Under the pieces are notes generated by a model. That model worked only from the letters and a program-made list of their open reading frames with translations, was not told the origin of the DNA and did not search any database. Of a stretch of DNA of 64,000 nt, positions 41,208 to 54,592 are shown piece after piece. Each line of letters begins with the position of its first letter. The first letter of the stretch is position 1. The position numbers and the translations under genes are program-made. Origin of the DNA: Octopus sinensis (taxonomy: Eukaryota); assembly GCF_006345805.1 (NCBI RefSeq), contig NC_043009.1:39990001-40054000 (forward strand), written 5' to 3'.

Positions 41208-42817
41208 TGTTTCTTTATTAGCCACACAGGGCTGCACACAGATAGAACAAATTACAAGGTAGAGCTTTTCTTTTGAAGGTTTAAAAAAAAAAAAAAAAAA
41301 AAAAAAAAGGAAGGGGGAGTTTCGATCAAAAGGGATCGTAAAAGGAGAGAAAGAGGACAAAAAAAGGGGGGGTTAAAAAAAAAAAAAAGGGGGGGAGAGG
41401 AAAAAAAAATTGATCAATAGGGATCGTTATCACAGAAATGTCAATATGAAGTGTAAAGGGGAGGACAGGTGAGGTTTACCCGTGGAAAAGAAAAGCCTAC
41501 GGAAAAGACCACGGTAACCTCGGTCAATGAAGTCACATTTTATATTTCTTTTTTTTTTTTTTTTTTTTGGCAAATAAGCAACTCTCTGTTTTCGATTTCT
41601 GGGTTCATAGGACTATGCTCAGGTGGCTTCGTCATTCATACGTGCCATTCTTGCTACATTCACCCATCTTTTTTTAAAACATTCGCTAGACAAAACTTGC
41701 CTCTCTACTCTCACTTTCCTTTTCAAGTGGTACTTGAAGAAGTTGATGAGAGATTGACCAGAGAGGAAAGTGTTTGTCTCCATCCTTTCAGACGCGTCCA
41801 CCAGATACATTCTTTCGCCATAGCCACAAGGATGATGAAAATAGCTCTTCCTTCCCGTTTGAAGGAAGGAGCCGTGACAATATTGACGATAGACTCAGCT
41901 GATAAACCGACTCGTCCCCACACGTGACAGCAGTTGTTCGACATAAGCCCACAGGTCGGAAATTGTTGGACACTGAACGAGTGCGTGCAGAACGGTTTCG
42001 TCGCTCTGACCGCATCTCGGGCAGGTCGGCCCCGTGTTTCTCTCGAGTCCGTGTCTGTAGAGCTTATCCCGAACGGGTAGCGCTTCTCGGTAGCACTGCC
42101 AGGCCAGGGATCTCTGGAAGTTGTCCATGGGCCCTGGCCCGAAAGTCGTCCCGAACAGGCGGGTCAGGTACTCCTCGTCGACGTCCAGGTTCGCCCCGAG
42201 CTCGTCGTCGTACCTCCCCTCCACTAAACCCCTATAGAATGCTTTGGTTGTGTTGAAGTCACTTAAGGTCGACCCAGGACGGCAGAGTTGCTTGAGAGCA
42301 ACGCGACACTCGCGGTGCCATTCGATTCCGCCCTTCCTCGCCTCTTTTTGATCCACGACTGCAGTTCGGTCATGGAGACGAGCTGCGGGAAAGCGTGCCT
42401 CACAAACGGCGACCACACCTGTTCACCGTCGTCTACATAGAGCCAGAGATGTCGCAGTCTCAGCGCGTGTCTGCGCATCATCAACCACGGCATGCCCAGC
42501 CCTCCTTTTACGGGTTTGACAGCAAATGGATCGCCTACCATCGGGACGCATCCTTTCCACAAGAAGCGAAAGAGGATGCGTTGTAGTTTGGTGATGGTAG
42601 GGTCGGGACAAGGTACGACCTGGTCAGGCGGTCAGTAATGACGGACGCGATGTACGTGTTCGCCACCTCCGCTCGACCTTTTAGGGACAGTTTCCTCTCG
42701 GCCCATTGCCGGGCGAGAGTGACCACCCGACTCGTTATCTCGTTCCAGTTCTTCTCCACTTGGAGGTCCGGACCAAACCAGACCCCGAGCAACTCAACCG
42801 GGCCATCGGTCCAGCGT
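41205..42817 (-). mobile_element. Tx1-clade LINE copy C, 5'-truncated
   Basis: Near-identical to B and F. Begins at WTDGPVELLGVWFG. ATAG repeats at both ends. Confidence 0.9.
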
Positions 42818-42883
42818 AGATAGATAGACGGACAGATAGGTATGCATACAGAAAAATTTAGACATACATATATATATATAAGA

Positions 42884-42921
<38 letters not shown>

Positions 42922-43220
42922 ATATATGTAAGCAACTATGCCTATGTCTGCACAAATGCACATATATATGTTTGAGCTTGTAAATACATATGCATATGTG
43001 CGCATATATGTGTATACGTATTTACATACATATAGCTTATATATTTATACACATCCTTTCATCCATTCATGAATGCACACATGAATACATATATACACGC
43101 GCAAACACACACACTTACACACACACACACTTATTCTCGCACACACATTGATACATACATAAAGACAGACAGACAAACAGACAAACAGACAGACAAACAG
43201 ACAGGCAGATAGATAGATGG

Positions 43221-43760
<540 letters not shown>

Positions 43761-45153
43761 AATATATAGCAAAATATGCGCTTATGTATATAAGCACATC
43801 TGCACATCTCCGCACAAATACACATATACATATATATGTGCATATATGCGTATATTCATATATATACATGTAGTTTATAATAACTATACACATCTTTTCA
43901 TCTATTCATGCATCCCTCCATGAATACACACACACACACACACAAATGCATATTTTGCGAGAAAGGGTGGTAAATTTGATGGCGTAGATTTCATATTTTC
44001 CCCATGTACACAAATCAGCGGCTGATATCTTTTAATAACTCTTCTAATTTACACACACACACACACACACACACAGAGTTATATTTTATATACATGCCTT
44101 CTCTCTGGCACATTTGCAAGCGAACTCTATTTTTGAAGTCTTATTTGTAATCGATTTTTATATTAACAGACCATAAAATATCAGAGACCATTATCCATAA
44201 AAGTTCTCTTAGCATTAAATCTTCCCTTCAATAATTAGTGCAAGTAAATTTCCAGACATGCAACTTAGAATCCATTTGTCTAATAGTTATTCACAGATAA
44301 AAATCAACCGAAAATATCATAAAAATGTAAAATGTCCGTATTTATTCTGTGCAATTCCATTTCTTGTATCTACCAAAAATATTTTCATTATCACTAACAT
44401 TAGCAGCTTTCATCTCCAGGTTCTTTTATAGGATTGAATCTCTGTAGTGAAGATTAATTTCTGAATAAGCCTAGGCAATGTGAATCCAGTGTGTAATAGG
44501 CTATATCATTATTAGGAGATATTCTGAATTCTTCGGTGTTTTTAATGGAAACAGAATAATTTATATCCATCATTATTCCAGTATACAGCACGTGTGCCCT
44601 GCGTTAATATTGATTAATAGCTTAGGTACCAGGCCATGCATTTGAGAGAAATATAAAGTCGATTGTATCGACAGAAGTATTTAACTCGTATTTAGTATTT
44701 CCCAGCCTCAGAAATATGAATGGCAAAACTTCCCTCTCCGTGGGATTTGAACATCGAATGTAAAGTCACGTAACTAAAATATCACAATGCATATATATAT
44801 ATATATATATAATATATATATATAGCCAACCTGCTAAGCTTGCAAATTCATCTCTTCCTTGCTTGTATAAAAGTATTGAACACGGTTTATAGCCCTGTTC
44901 GATTTCAGAACCAATAAGCAGGAGACAAAAGAAATCGATAATGAAAGATATTTTCGACAATATCGATACACATACGACTCAATCTGCTAATTGACAGTTT
45001 CAGAGACCTTTTGATATTTTCCTTAAATACCACGAAGAGAGAAAGATATATTCCTTTTTAATGAATGTATGTATGCTTGCATATACATATATATATAATA
45101 TAATACATATATATATATATATTATATATATATATATATATATTATATATATG

Positions 45154-45224
<71 letters not shown>

Positions 45225-45584
45225 TATATATAATATATATATATATTATATATATATATATATATAAATGTAAGTATATATAGATAAATTACCTGTTACT
45301 TTCTCAGATGCAGCAGTGAATCTTGGTCGCGAATTTTGATCGCGAATTTTGGTCGCGAGTTCAAAGCGACGAAAATATTTTGTATAATTAATTTTATTTG
45401 TTGAAATGAGTCTAACGGTTTTTGTGTGTTTTTAAATGGCTTATAAACCCCTTCCACACTGCAATTGTTCTTGCTTTAGCACACGGTCTCAGATCAAGTC
45501 ATGTGCAAGTACATCACGGTAATATATATAGAGAGAAAGAGAGAGCGCGCGAGAGACAGACAGACAGAGAATTATATATATGTA

Positions 45585-45631
<47 letters not shown>

Positions 45632-45637
45632 TATATT

Positions 45638-46498
45638 AATAATTTCAACAATTGAGGGTAAAATTAATTAATTATTAATCAATTTCACCAAGTATTCAGT
45701 ATGCAAAGGGACCATTTAAGGCGAATTCAATTATTACATTATATAAAAGGCTTAGTAAAATAAATTACTTTGCCACATACTGAACTCATTAGAAATAGTA
45801 GCTAAAAAAACTTTTTTAAAAACTATTTCTAATACTTAAAGAAAATCTCCTCTCATATAGTGTTTGCTCAATTCAACTCACGAAGTATGGGGGTAAAGAC
45901 ATTAAAAAATCAAATGCAAAGGTTATTTGAGAACGTACGTTTCTAGATTAGTCAACTCGACATTTCTATCATCAGCTCAGAACTCCTTGGTTTGGATTGA
46001 AAACACTGAAAGTGGGAGCATACCCTTTCGGCTTCTTATCGCTTCTGAAGATCTGCTCGAACTAACAGTGCCAGCAAACTCAAATATGCAAGCGAAGAAT
46101 TTCTGCTCTCCCCTTTCCACCAGCGTGGGTTAAAATCAGCAAACACTATGCTTTTTCGGTAAAATCCGAAGCATTAAATAGAGAGAGATGAATTATAATT
46201 TTCAACAATTGAGGGTAAAATTAATTAATTATTAATCAATTTCACCAAGTATTCAGTATGCAAAGGGACCATTTAAGGCGAATTCAAATTATTACATTAT
46301 ATAAAAGGGCTTAGTAAAATAAATTACTTTGCCACATACTGAATTCATTAGAAATAGTAGCTAAAAAAACTTTTTTAAAAACTATTTCTAATACTTAAAG
46401 AAAATCTCTCTCATATAGTGTTTGCTCAATTCAACTCACGAAAGTATGGGGGTAAAGACATTAAAAAATCAAAGCAAAGGTTATTTGAGAACGTACGT
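45638..46498 (-). mobile_element. Tandem PLE-type pLTR (period ~557 bp, ~1.5 copies) with hammerhead
   Basis: 46195-46498 repeats 45638-45940. The partial copy stops at ACGTACGT (46491-46498). (AT)n flanks. Confidence 0.85.
45928..45979 (-). ncRNA. Type I hammerhead ribozyme motif
   Basis: Minus strand reads TGAG-CTGATGA-TAGA..TCTA-GAAA-CGTACG-TT-CTCA, giving stem III ACGTACGT and a GUU triplet. Confidence 0.75.
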
Positions 46499-46539
46499 AT
46501 ATATATATATATATATATATAGATATATATGCATATACA

Positions 46540-46789
46540 TATATACTCTTTTACTTGTTTCAGTCAGTTGACTGTGGCGATGCTGGAGCACCGCCTTTTT
46601 TAGTCGAGCAAATCGACCCCAGGACTTATTCTTTGTAAGCTTAGTACTTGGATCTTTTCCCGGGCCGCTAAGTTACGGGACGTAAACACACAGCATCGGT
46701 TTAAGGTGAGCTGGGGGCCAAACATAGACACACAAACATATGCACACACATACTATATATATATATGTATATATAGATATATATATATA

Positions 46790-46820
<31 letters not shown>

Positions 46821-47087
46821 GAGTGTGTGTGTGTGTGTGTGTGTATGTGTGTGTATGTGTGTGCGTGTGTGTGTGTGTATATTATATATGTATATATATC
46901 TGCACATCTCCGCACAAATACACATTCTTTCTGTGGTTTTTCTCTCTCTGTGTATCTTTCTGTTGAAGAGCGTAGGCTCGAAACGTTAAGACTTGTTTTA
47001 TTTATATTTCCTGAGCGCCATACTAATACAATTGTTCGTTTTTTTCCACCTGCCTTCGTCCTTTTGTTTATTTTCATAAGCTTCCCG

Positions 47088-47142
<55 letters not shown>

Positions 47143-47320
47143 TATATACGACGGGCTTCTTTCTTTCAGTTCCCGTCTACAAAATCCACTCACAAGGCTT
47201 TGGTCGGTCCGAGGATATAGTGGAAGACACTTGCCCAAGGTGCCACGCAGGGGGACTGAACCCGGAACCATGTGGTTTGTAAGCAAGGTACCTACCTCAC
47301 ACCCTTTCCTACGCCTGTAT
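46540..47320 (-). mobile_element. SINE family II with a nested element in its internal microsatellite
   Basis: Head at 47140-47320 and tail at 46540-46740 on the minus strand. Confidence 0.75.
46905..47090 (+). mobile_element. CUGUNGA-hammerhead family element (copy 3)
   Basis: CTTT-CTGTTGA-A-GAGC-GTAG-GCTC-GAAA-CG-TTAAGAC at 46954-46992. Confidence 0.75.
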
Positions 47321-47464
47321 ATGCATCTAAAAAAAAACCGAATGAACAGCTTAATTCATCACTGTACCCGTGTATGTATTTTTATGCATGTATTTATAGA
47401 TATACTTTTGTATATATGTGTATGTAAGTATGTGCATATATATATGAGTGTGTGTGTATATATG

Positions 47465-47755
47465 TATGTATGTAGGTAGGTAGGTAGGTAGGTAGGTAGG
47501 TAGGTTAGTAGGTAGGTAGGTAGGTAGGTAGGTAGATAGATAGATAGGTAGGTAGGTAGGTAGGTAGGTAGGTAGGTAGGTAGGTAGGTAGGTAGGTTAG
47601 TAGGTAGGTAGGTAGGTAGGTAGGTAGATAGATAGATAGATAGGTAGGTAGGTAGGTAGGTAGGTAGGTAGGTAGGTAGGTAGATAGGTAGGTAGGTAGG
47701 TAGGTAGGTAGGTAGGTAGGTAGGTAGGTTAGTAGGTAGGTAGGTAGGTAGGTAG
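47465..47755. repeat. (GTAG)n/(ATAG)n compound microsatellite
   Basis: Direct reading. Confidence 0.95.
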
Positions 47756-48111
47756 ATATGTTTCTTTATTAGCCACACAGGGCTGCACACAGATAGAACA
47801 AATTACAAGGTAGAGATTTTCTTTTGAAGGTTTAAAAGAAAAAAAAAAAAAAAAAGGAGGGGGAGTTTCGATCAAAAGGGATCGTAAAAGGAGAGAAAGA
47901 GGACAAAAAGAAGGGGGGGTTAAAAAAAAAAAAAAAAGAAAGGGGGAGAGGGAAAAAAATTTGATCAATAGGGATCGTTATCACAGAAATGTCAATATGA
48001 AGTGTAAAGGGGAGGACAGGTGAGGTTTACCCGTGGAAAGAAAAGCCTACGGAAAAGACCACGGTAACCTCGGTCAATGAAGTCACATTTTATATTTCTT
48101 TTTTTTTTTTT

Positions 48112-48112
<1 letters not shown>
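47756..48112 (-). mobile_element. Tx1-clade LINE copy E, 3' UTR only
   Basis: Same 3' terminus as A-C, with GTAG/ATAG flanks. Confidence 0.9.
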
Positions 48113-48148
<36 letters not shown>

Positions 48149-48153
48149 TGATG

Positions 48154-48196
<43 letters not shown>

Positions 48197-48201
48197 TGAT
48201 G

Positions 48202-48234
<33 letters not shown>

Positions 48235-48237
<3 letters not shown>

Positions 48238-48308
48238 TGTTTCTTTATTAGCCACACAGGGCTGCACACAGATAGAACAAATTACAAGGTAGAGCTTTTC
48301 TTTGAAGG

Positions 48309-48342
<34 letters not shown>

Positions 48343-51300
48343 AGGGGAGGTTCGATCAAAAGAGATCGTAAAAGGAGAGAAAGAGGACAAAAATAAGGGG
48401 GGTTAAAAAAAAAAAAAAAAAGGGGGGGGAGAGGAAAAAAAATGATCAATAGGGATCGTTATCACAGAAATGTCAATATGAAGTGTAAAGGGGAGGACAG
48501 GTGAGTTTAACCCGTGGAAAAAAAAAGCCTGCGGAAAAGACCACGGTAACCTCGGTCAATGAAGTCACATTTTATATTTCCTTTTTTTTTTTTTTTTTTT
48601 TTGCAAATAAGCAACTCTCTTTTTTCGATTTCTGGGTTCATAGGACTATGCTCAAGGTGGCTTCGTCATTCATACGTGCCATTCTTGCTACATTCACCCA
48701 TCTTTTTTTAAAACATTTGCTAGACAAAACTTGCCTCTCTACTCTCACTTTCCTTTTCAAGTGGTACTTGAAGAAGTTGATGAGAGATTGACCAGAGAGG
48801 AAGTGTTTGTCTCCAATCCTTTCAGACGCGTCCACCAGATACATTCTTTCGCCATAGCCACAAGATGATGAAAATAGCTCTTCCTTCCCGTTTGAAGGAA
48901 GGAGGCGTGACAATATTGACGATAGACTCAGCTGATAAACCGACTCGTCCCACACGTGACAGCAGTTGTTCGACATAAGCCCACAGGTCGGAAATTGTTG
49001 GACACTGAACGAGTGCGTGCAGAACGGTTTCGTCGCTCTGACCGCATCTCGGGCAGGTCGGCCCCGTGTTTCTCGAGCCGTGTCTGTAGAGCTTATCCCG
49101 AACGGGTAGCGCTTCTCGGTAGCACTGCCAGGCCAGGGATCTCTGGAAGTTGTCCATGGGCCCTGGCCCGAAAGTCGTCCCGAACAGGCGGGTCAGGTAC
49201 TCCTCGTCGACTCCAGGTTCGCCCCGAGCTCGTCGTCGTACCTCCCCTCCACTAAACCCCTATAGAATGCTTTGGTTGTGTTGAAGTCACTTAAGGTCGA
49301 CCCAGGACGGCAGAGTTGCTTGAGAGCAACGCGACACTCGCGGTGCCATTCGCCCTTCCTCGGCCTCTTTTTGATCCACGACTGCAGTTCGGTCATGGAG
49401 ACGAGCTGCGGGAAAGCGTGCCTCACAAACGGCGACCACACCTGTTCACCGTCGTCTACATAGAGCCAGAGATGTCGCAGTCTCAGCGCGTGTCTGCGCA
49501 TCATCAACCACGGCATGCCCAGCCCTCCTTTTAACGGGTGTTGACAGCAAATGGATCGCCTGACCATCGGGACGCATCCTTTCCACAAGAAGCGAAAGAG
49601 GATGCGTTGTATTTTGGTGATGGTAGGGTCGGGACAAGGTACGACGGTCAGGCGGTAGTAGATGACGGACGCGATGTACGTGTTCGCCACCTCCGCTCGC
49701 CTTTTTAGGGACAGTTTCCTCTCGGCCCATTGCCGGGCGAGAGTGACCACCCTACTCGTTATCTCGTTCCAGTTCTTCTCCACTTGGAGGTCCGACCAAA
49801 CCAGACCCCGAGCAACTCAACCGGGCCGTCGGTCCAGCGTCCCACGACGGAGGCGCTGGTGGACGGCATGGGCTTGCTTCTTCCCAGGTGCCTAGTCGCA
49901 AGCCCACTGACTTTTCCCGGTTGATTTTCGCTCCTGTCACCGCTTCGTAGTTTTTCAGTGTCTCGCCGACCAGCTCGATGTGCTCGTGGCTAGACACTAT
50001 GACGGTGACGCGTCGTCCGCGTATGCAGACACGCTCGTCCCGCATCCCAATTCTCGCGGGATGCCCCTTAGAGTCGCCAGCTTCCGCAGTAGTGGCTCAA
50101 GAGTCAATACGTATAGAAGCGCCGAGAGGGGGCATCCCTGACGGACCGAACGTGCAATGTCGAAAGGTCTCGATAGATGTCCATTTACGCGAATTACCGA
50201 ACGGATGCCTCTGTACAAGGCAGCTATCCAGCCGCGGAAGACGGGACCGAAACCAGCCGCTCTCAGGACTGCCTCCAAGTATCGATGGTCTACCCTATCA
50301 AAGGCTTTTGATTGATCCAAGTTGATCAGGGCCCCACCCATGCCTTTCTTGTCGAGAGTCGTGGTAGGCTATGTAGGTAGGCACTGAAGTCCACCCTACG
50401 TTCTTGCCCTCCACTCGTTCCGAACAGTCGGGCAAAATGCTGCTGAAAGGCCTCACACATTTTACTTGGCTCGAGCAATTCGCGCCCCTGTTCATCTACC
50501 AGGGACCGAATGGTGGCTTTGTTGCCCTGTTGCGCCTCTGCCACCCGGGCCTCTCTCGCGGCTCCAACACCTTCGTTCCTTAGAGCACGCATCCTTGCTC
50601 TGACAGCACATCCTTCGTGTTTGGCGTTGAAGTGTTTGGTCGGGGCCAACCTCGCCGCCAAAACGTCGGATGCGATGCCGCTTCTAATTGCCTCTTCTAG
50701 CTTCTTAACTAGCTCACCCTCTACTCTATTTCTATCTATGGCTAGTGCTTTGCTGTACCTAATCGCTTCTGCTTTTACTGCTCTCTTGAGGGCAAACCAC
50801 CATTTGTTGTTGATGATGGCTCCCGTCAAAGCCCTCTTTACTAGTGTGCTAATCCGGTCTCTGAAAACTTGTCTCGATGTGAAAGACGCGTTTAGTTTCC
50901 AGTATCCGGACCCTGCCTAAGTGTCTTACCTAAGTCTAGCGTACATGTCACAAGTTTGTGATCCGTGTAGCTGACTATGTGGAATTGTGGACATCCTATG
51001 CTATCTCTATCTACTGTCCTACACAGTATCCTATCTAGATACGATCTCGACGACCCGATGCGGTTGCTCCATGTCCACGTTGGCGCATTCGGGTGGTCTA
51101 GTCGAAACCTGTCAGACAGTTGAAAGCGTCTGAGCAGGTCTCTGAGGCATTTGCATCCCCGTCTATTCCTATCTCTACCCACGTAGTCTACATGCGTGTC
51201 CAAGGTAGCATTCCAATCCCCCACTAAGAGTAAGGACGAGACGTTCCCAAGAAAACTTCTAGACTTGAAAGAAATCCGCCCGACCTGTTAAGGGCGGTGC

Positions 51301-52000
51301 GTAAACTGATACGAGCCGAAAGCGCACCCATTGCTGCCGTCGACATCCAGGACGACCAGTCTACCCTCCGGGTCTACGAATATTGTCCTTACATTGAGAT
51401 CCAGCCTCTTGTGAAAATACCCGCGGTGCCACTACCGCCCATTCTCGGCAGACAGGGGGAAAAATAAATGTTGAACTGTCCGCCAAACATGGTCTTTAGG
51501 GCCCGCGGATTGTGGAGTCTGGTCTCGCTTATGGCTATGATTTCTAACTTATGTGACTTTATGTCATTTAAGAGGTACCCTTGTTTCCAAGGGGACCCCA
51601 AGCCACGCGCATTTACACAACCAATCTTGATCATAGTTCTAATGAATTAGAATACAGAGGGTTACTTACTGCTCTGCTCGAAAGTTTTTGCTTTCTCCTC
51701 CGTTGGTTGTCCTCGAGAAGATCCCAGTACAGTTTCTTTGTGAGATATTTTTGGCATTTACCAACCGCACTGGGGAAAATGCCTTTGAGTGTGTGGTGCA
51801 GACTTTTGGAGATGTGTATTATTTTGATGTGGTCTGGTGGTGTTGTGTATGGGTGGTTGTTTGTTTTTATGTCATCTTCTGTTATGTTTGTTTTTGATTG
51901 GATATATTCCATCAAATTTGTGTTTTTGGTGTCTATGGCTGTGAGCATGTTTGCTGTATATGTTTTTGTGGTGTTGGTGTGGCTGTTGTTTGCGTTGGGT
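48235..52000 (-). mobile_element. Tx1-clade LINE copy F: end of ORF1 + ORF2 + 3' UTR, with an internal deletion in RT
   Basis: APE motifs GCVNARGL, ISETRL, GDWNAT, SYLDRI and YTDHK; RT motifs LDQSKAFDRVDH, RQGCPLS and YADD; C-terminal CPRC/HALVQC. The SPGxDG and RPISL segments are absent between LPRLS and GMGGALINLD (~50345). Confidence 0.95.
48600..51634 (-). pseudogene. Tx1 ORF2 (AP endonuclease + RT + zf-RVT), frameshifted
   Basis: Assembled from minus-strand ORF-track fragments 51389-51634, 50892-51224, 50326-50829, 49997-50341, 49752-50045, 49193-49783 and 48822-49157. The end coordinate is approximate. Confidence 0.9.
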
Positions 52001-52625
52001 ATAGATAGATAGGTAGGTAGGTAGGTAGATAGGTAGGTAGTAGGTAGATAGGTAGGTAGGTAGGTAGGTAGGTAGGTAGGTAGGTTAGTAGGTAGGTAGG
52101 TGTAGGTAGGTAGGTAGGTAGGTAGGTAGTAGGTAGGTAGGTAGGTAGGTAGGTAGGTAGGTAGGTAGATAGATAGATAGGTAGTAGGTAGGTAGGTAGG
52201 TAGGTAGGTAGAGTAGGTAGGTAGGTAGGTAGGTAGTGGTAGGTAGGTAGGTAGTAGGTAGATAGATAGATAGGTAGGTAGGTAGGTAGGTAGGTAGGTA
52301 GATAGGTAGGTAGGTAGGTAGGTAGGTAGGTAGGTAGTAGGTAGATAGATAGATAGGTAGGTAGGTAGGTAGGTAGTAGGTAGGTAGGTAGGTAGGTAGG
52401 TAGTAGGTAGGTAGGTAGGTTGGTAGGTAGGTAGGTAGGTAGGTAGGTTAGTAGGTAGGTAGGTAGGTAGGTAGGTAGATAGATAGATAGATAGGTAGGT
52501 AGGTAGGTAGGTAGGTAGGTAGATAGGTAGGTAGGTAGGTAGGTAGGTAGGTAGGTAGGTAGGTAGGTAGATAGGTAGGTAGGTAGGTAGGTAGGTAGGT
52601 AGGTAGGTAGGTAGATAGGTAGGCA
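52001..52625. repeat. Long (GTAG)n/(ATAG)n array
   Basis: Direct reading. It explains the spurious 355-aa LPTY ORF. Confidence 0.95.
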
Positions 52626-52787
52626 GGTATAGATATATATGCATGTATTTGTTATACAGTTCTGGAAACTGTCCAGCCGTAGTCACAATTACTTTCAAGC
52701 ATGCTCAAGAGGTTAAGTAGCTCTTATAAGACATAGGTTGAAATCTTACCGCTTGCAGTCCTCAGAATACACACACGCACACACTCG

Positions 52788-52844
<57 letters not shown>

Positions 52845-53054
52845 ACACACACAACACACACGCACTCATCTACACACAAGTACATGCCCATATATATTTG
52901 TGTGTCTTTTGTAAGCCTGTAAGAGGTAAGATTTTAACCTATACGCACACACACGCACAAATTTATACGTATGTATATATGTTGTATGTATGTATGTATA
53001 TATATAAATGTGTGTGTGTGTGTGTATTTGTACACTATAATTTAAACTGAACGT

Positions 53055-53280
53055 GCGCAATGGCCTAGTGGTTAGGGCAGCGGACTCGCGGTCGCAGGAT
53101 CGCGGTTTCGATTCTCAGACTGAGCGTTGTGTGTGTTTATTGAGCGAAAACACCTAAAAGCTCTACGAGGCTCCGGCAGGGGGTGGTGATCCCTGCTGTA
53201 CTCTTTCACCACAATGGCGGTGCCCCAGCATGGCCACAGCTCAAGAGCTGAAACTGCAAAAACAAAAACAAAACAAAAGC
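53055..53280 (+). mobile_element. tRNA-derived SINE family I head joined to the CR1 3' tail
   Basis: A and B boxes present. The body matches 60545-60927 up to CTCTTTCACCACAA, then 41/45 identity to 21556-21600. Confidence 0.85.
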
Positions 53281-53440
53281 GTGTTAGAACACATTTCTAG
53301 AAATAAGAGCTAAATGCCTTAATGCTAAGCGGCCGGTATTTCCGTTCCTTCTCACGGGCTGCTCGTACAGCGCCGTGCCTTGCTCAAAACGAACTGTAAC
53401 ATCCACTACTCCTACTACTCATCGGGACTACGAAATATCA

Positions 53441-53856
53441 GGTGTAGGAGTGGTTGTGTGAAAAGAAGCTTGCTTACCAACCACATGGTTCCGGATTCAG
53501 TCCCACTGGCACCTTGGGCAAGTGCCTTCTACTATAGCCTCGAGCCGACCAAAGCCTTGTGAGTGGATTTGGTAGACGGAAACTGAAAGAAGCCCGTCGT
53601 ATACATGTGTATTTATATATATATATATATGTGTGTATGTGTTGTGTGTGTGTGTGTGTGTGTATGTGTGTTGTGTGTGTGTGTTTTTCTCCCCAACATC
53701 GCTTGACAACCTGTGCTGGTGTGTTTACGTCCCCGTAACTTAGCTGTTCGGCAATAGAGTCCGATAGAATAAGTACTAGGTTTACAAAGAATAAGTCCTG
53801 GGGTCGTAGCATGGCCGCAGTCAAATGACTAAAACAAGTAAAAGAGTAAAAAAGAG
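53441..53856 (+). mobile_element. SINE family II
   Basis: Colinear with 34913-35317. Confidence 0.85.
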
Positions 53857-54084
53857 TGTATCTATACTGACAGACCTGTAACCACCCGAAAGCACCGGTC
53901 AAGAATTTCATGGCAATCGTCGTCCCTATCAGTACTTATTAAGTGTTTTAACTACAGCATTAGAGCTTTCTAGGTATTATTTGTATTTATGTAGATGTTC
54001 TAACACTCTTAGACGCATTTAGTGACAGTTATAGTTTTCCTTTTATCTAATACATTGCACATGGCTGTCTATATATATATAGAT

Positions 54085-54290
54085 CGCCATGATAGATCAT
54101 TAGCCACTACACACATTTTCTTCTCTCCTTGTTTCTCTCCTTGTTTTTTTGGGGGGAGTACCTTTCTGTAGAAGAGCGTAGGCTTGAAACGTAAAATACT
54201 TTTTCTATTCATGAGCGCTATGCTAATACATCTGTTTGTTTTGTACACCACCTGTCTTCGTCTTTTATTTTTTCGTAAACTTTTCCTACA
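54085..54290 (+). mobile_element. CUGUNGA-hammerhead family element (copy 4)
   Basis: CTTT-CTGTAGA-AGAGCGTAGGCTT-GAAA-CG-TAAAATAC at 54159-54199. Confidence 0.7.
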
Positions 54291-54302
54291 TATATATATA
54301 TA

Positions 54303-54454
54303 TAAATTAAGGGTAGAAATTGATATTAGTTAATTAAAACCAGTGGTCTAGCACATTAAAAAGAATCCGAAGATTAAAATATTTATATACCAATTAAGGA
54401 CTGAACACGAAAAGGTTGACTGTCCACCTTTTCGTGTTCAGTCCTTAATTGGTA
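54303..54454. mobile_element. Small fold-back element with a perfect 28-bp hairpin (54388-54454) between (AT)n tracts
   Basis: TACCAATTAAGGACTGAACACGAAAAGG / CCTTTTCGTGTTCAGTCCTTAATTGGTA. Confidence 0.8.
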
Positions 54455-54487
<33 letters not shown>

Positions 54488-54516
54488 ATATATAAAAACA
54501 TGATGCGAAGGATTCA

Positions 54517-54592
54517 GCGGTACATATGTTTCGGGCCTTTATTAGACAGATTTATAACAATGCATATGTATGTCTGTGCCTTCTTCAGCCGC
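54517..54592 (-). ncRNA. Type I hammerhead ribozyme motif
   Basis: Minus strand reads GCGG-CTGAAGA-AGGC...GGCCC-GAAA-CATATG-TA-CCGC, giving stem III ACATATGT and a GUA triplet. The base of stem II is imperfect. Confidence 0.7.

Noticed and set aside
45300-45540. GTCGC/GCGAC-GAAA-ATATT motif with a triplicated TCGCGAATTTT, pLTR-like
   Set aside because: No CUGANGA-like core upstream of the stem
51631-52698. 355-aa ORF
   Set aside because: Mostly translated (CTAC/CTAT)n. Only the last ~120 aa are the Tx1 ORF1 C-terminus.
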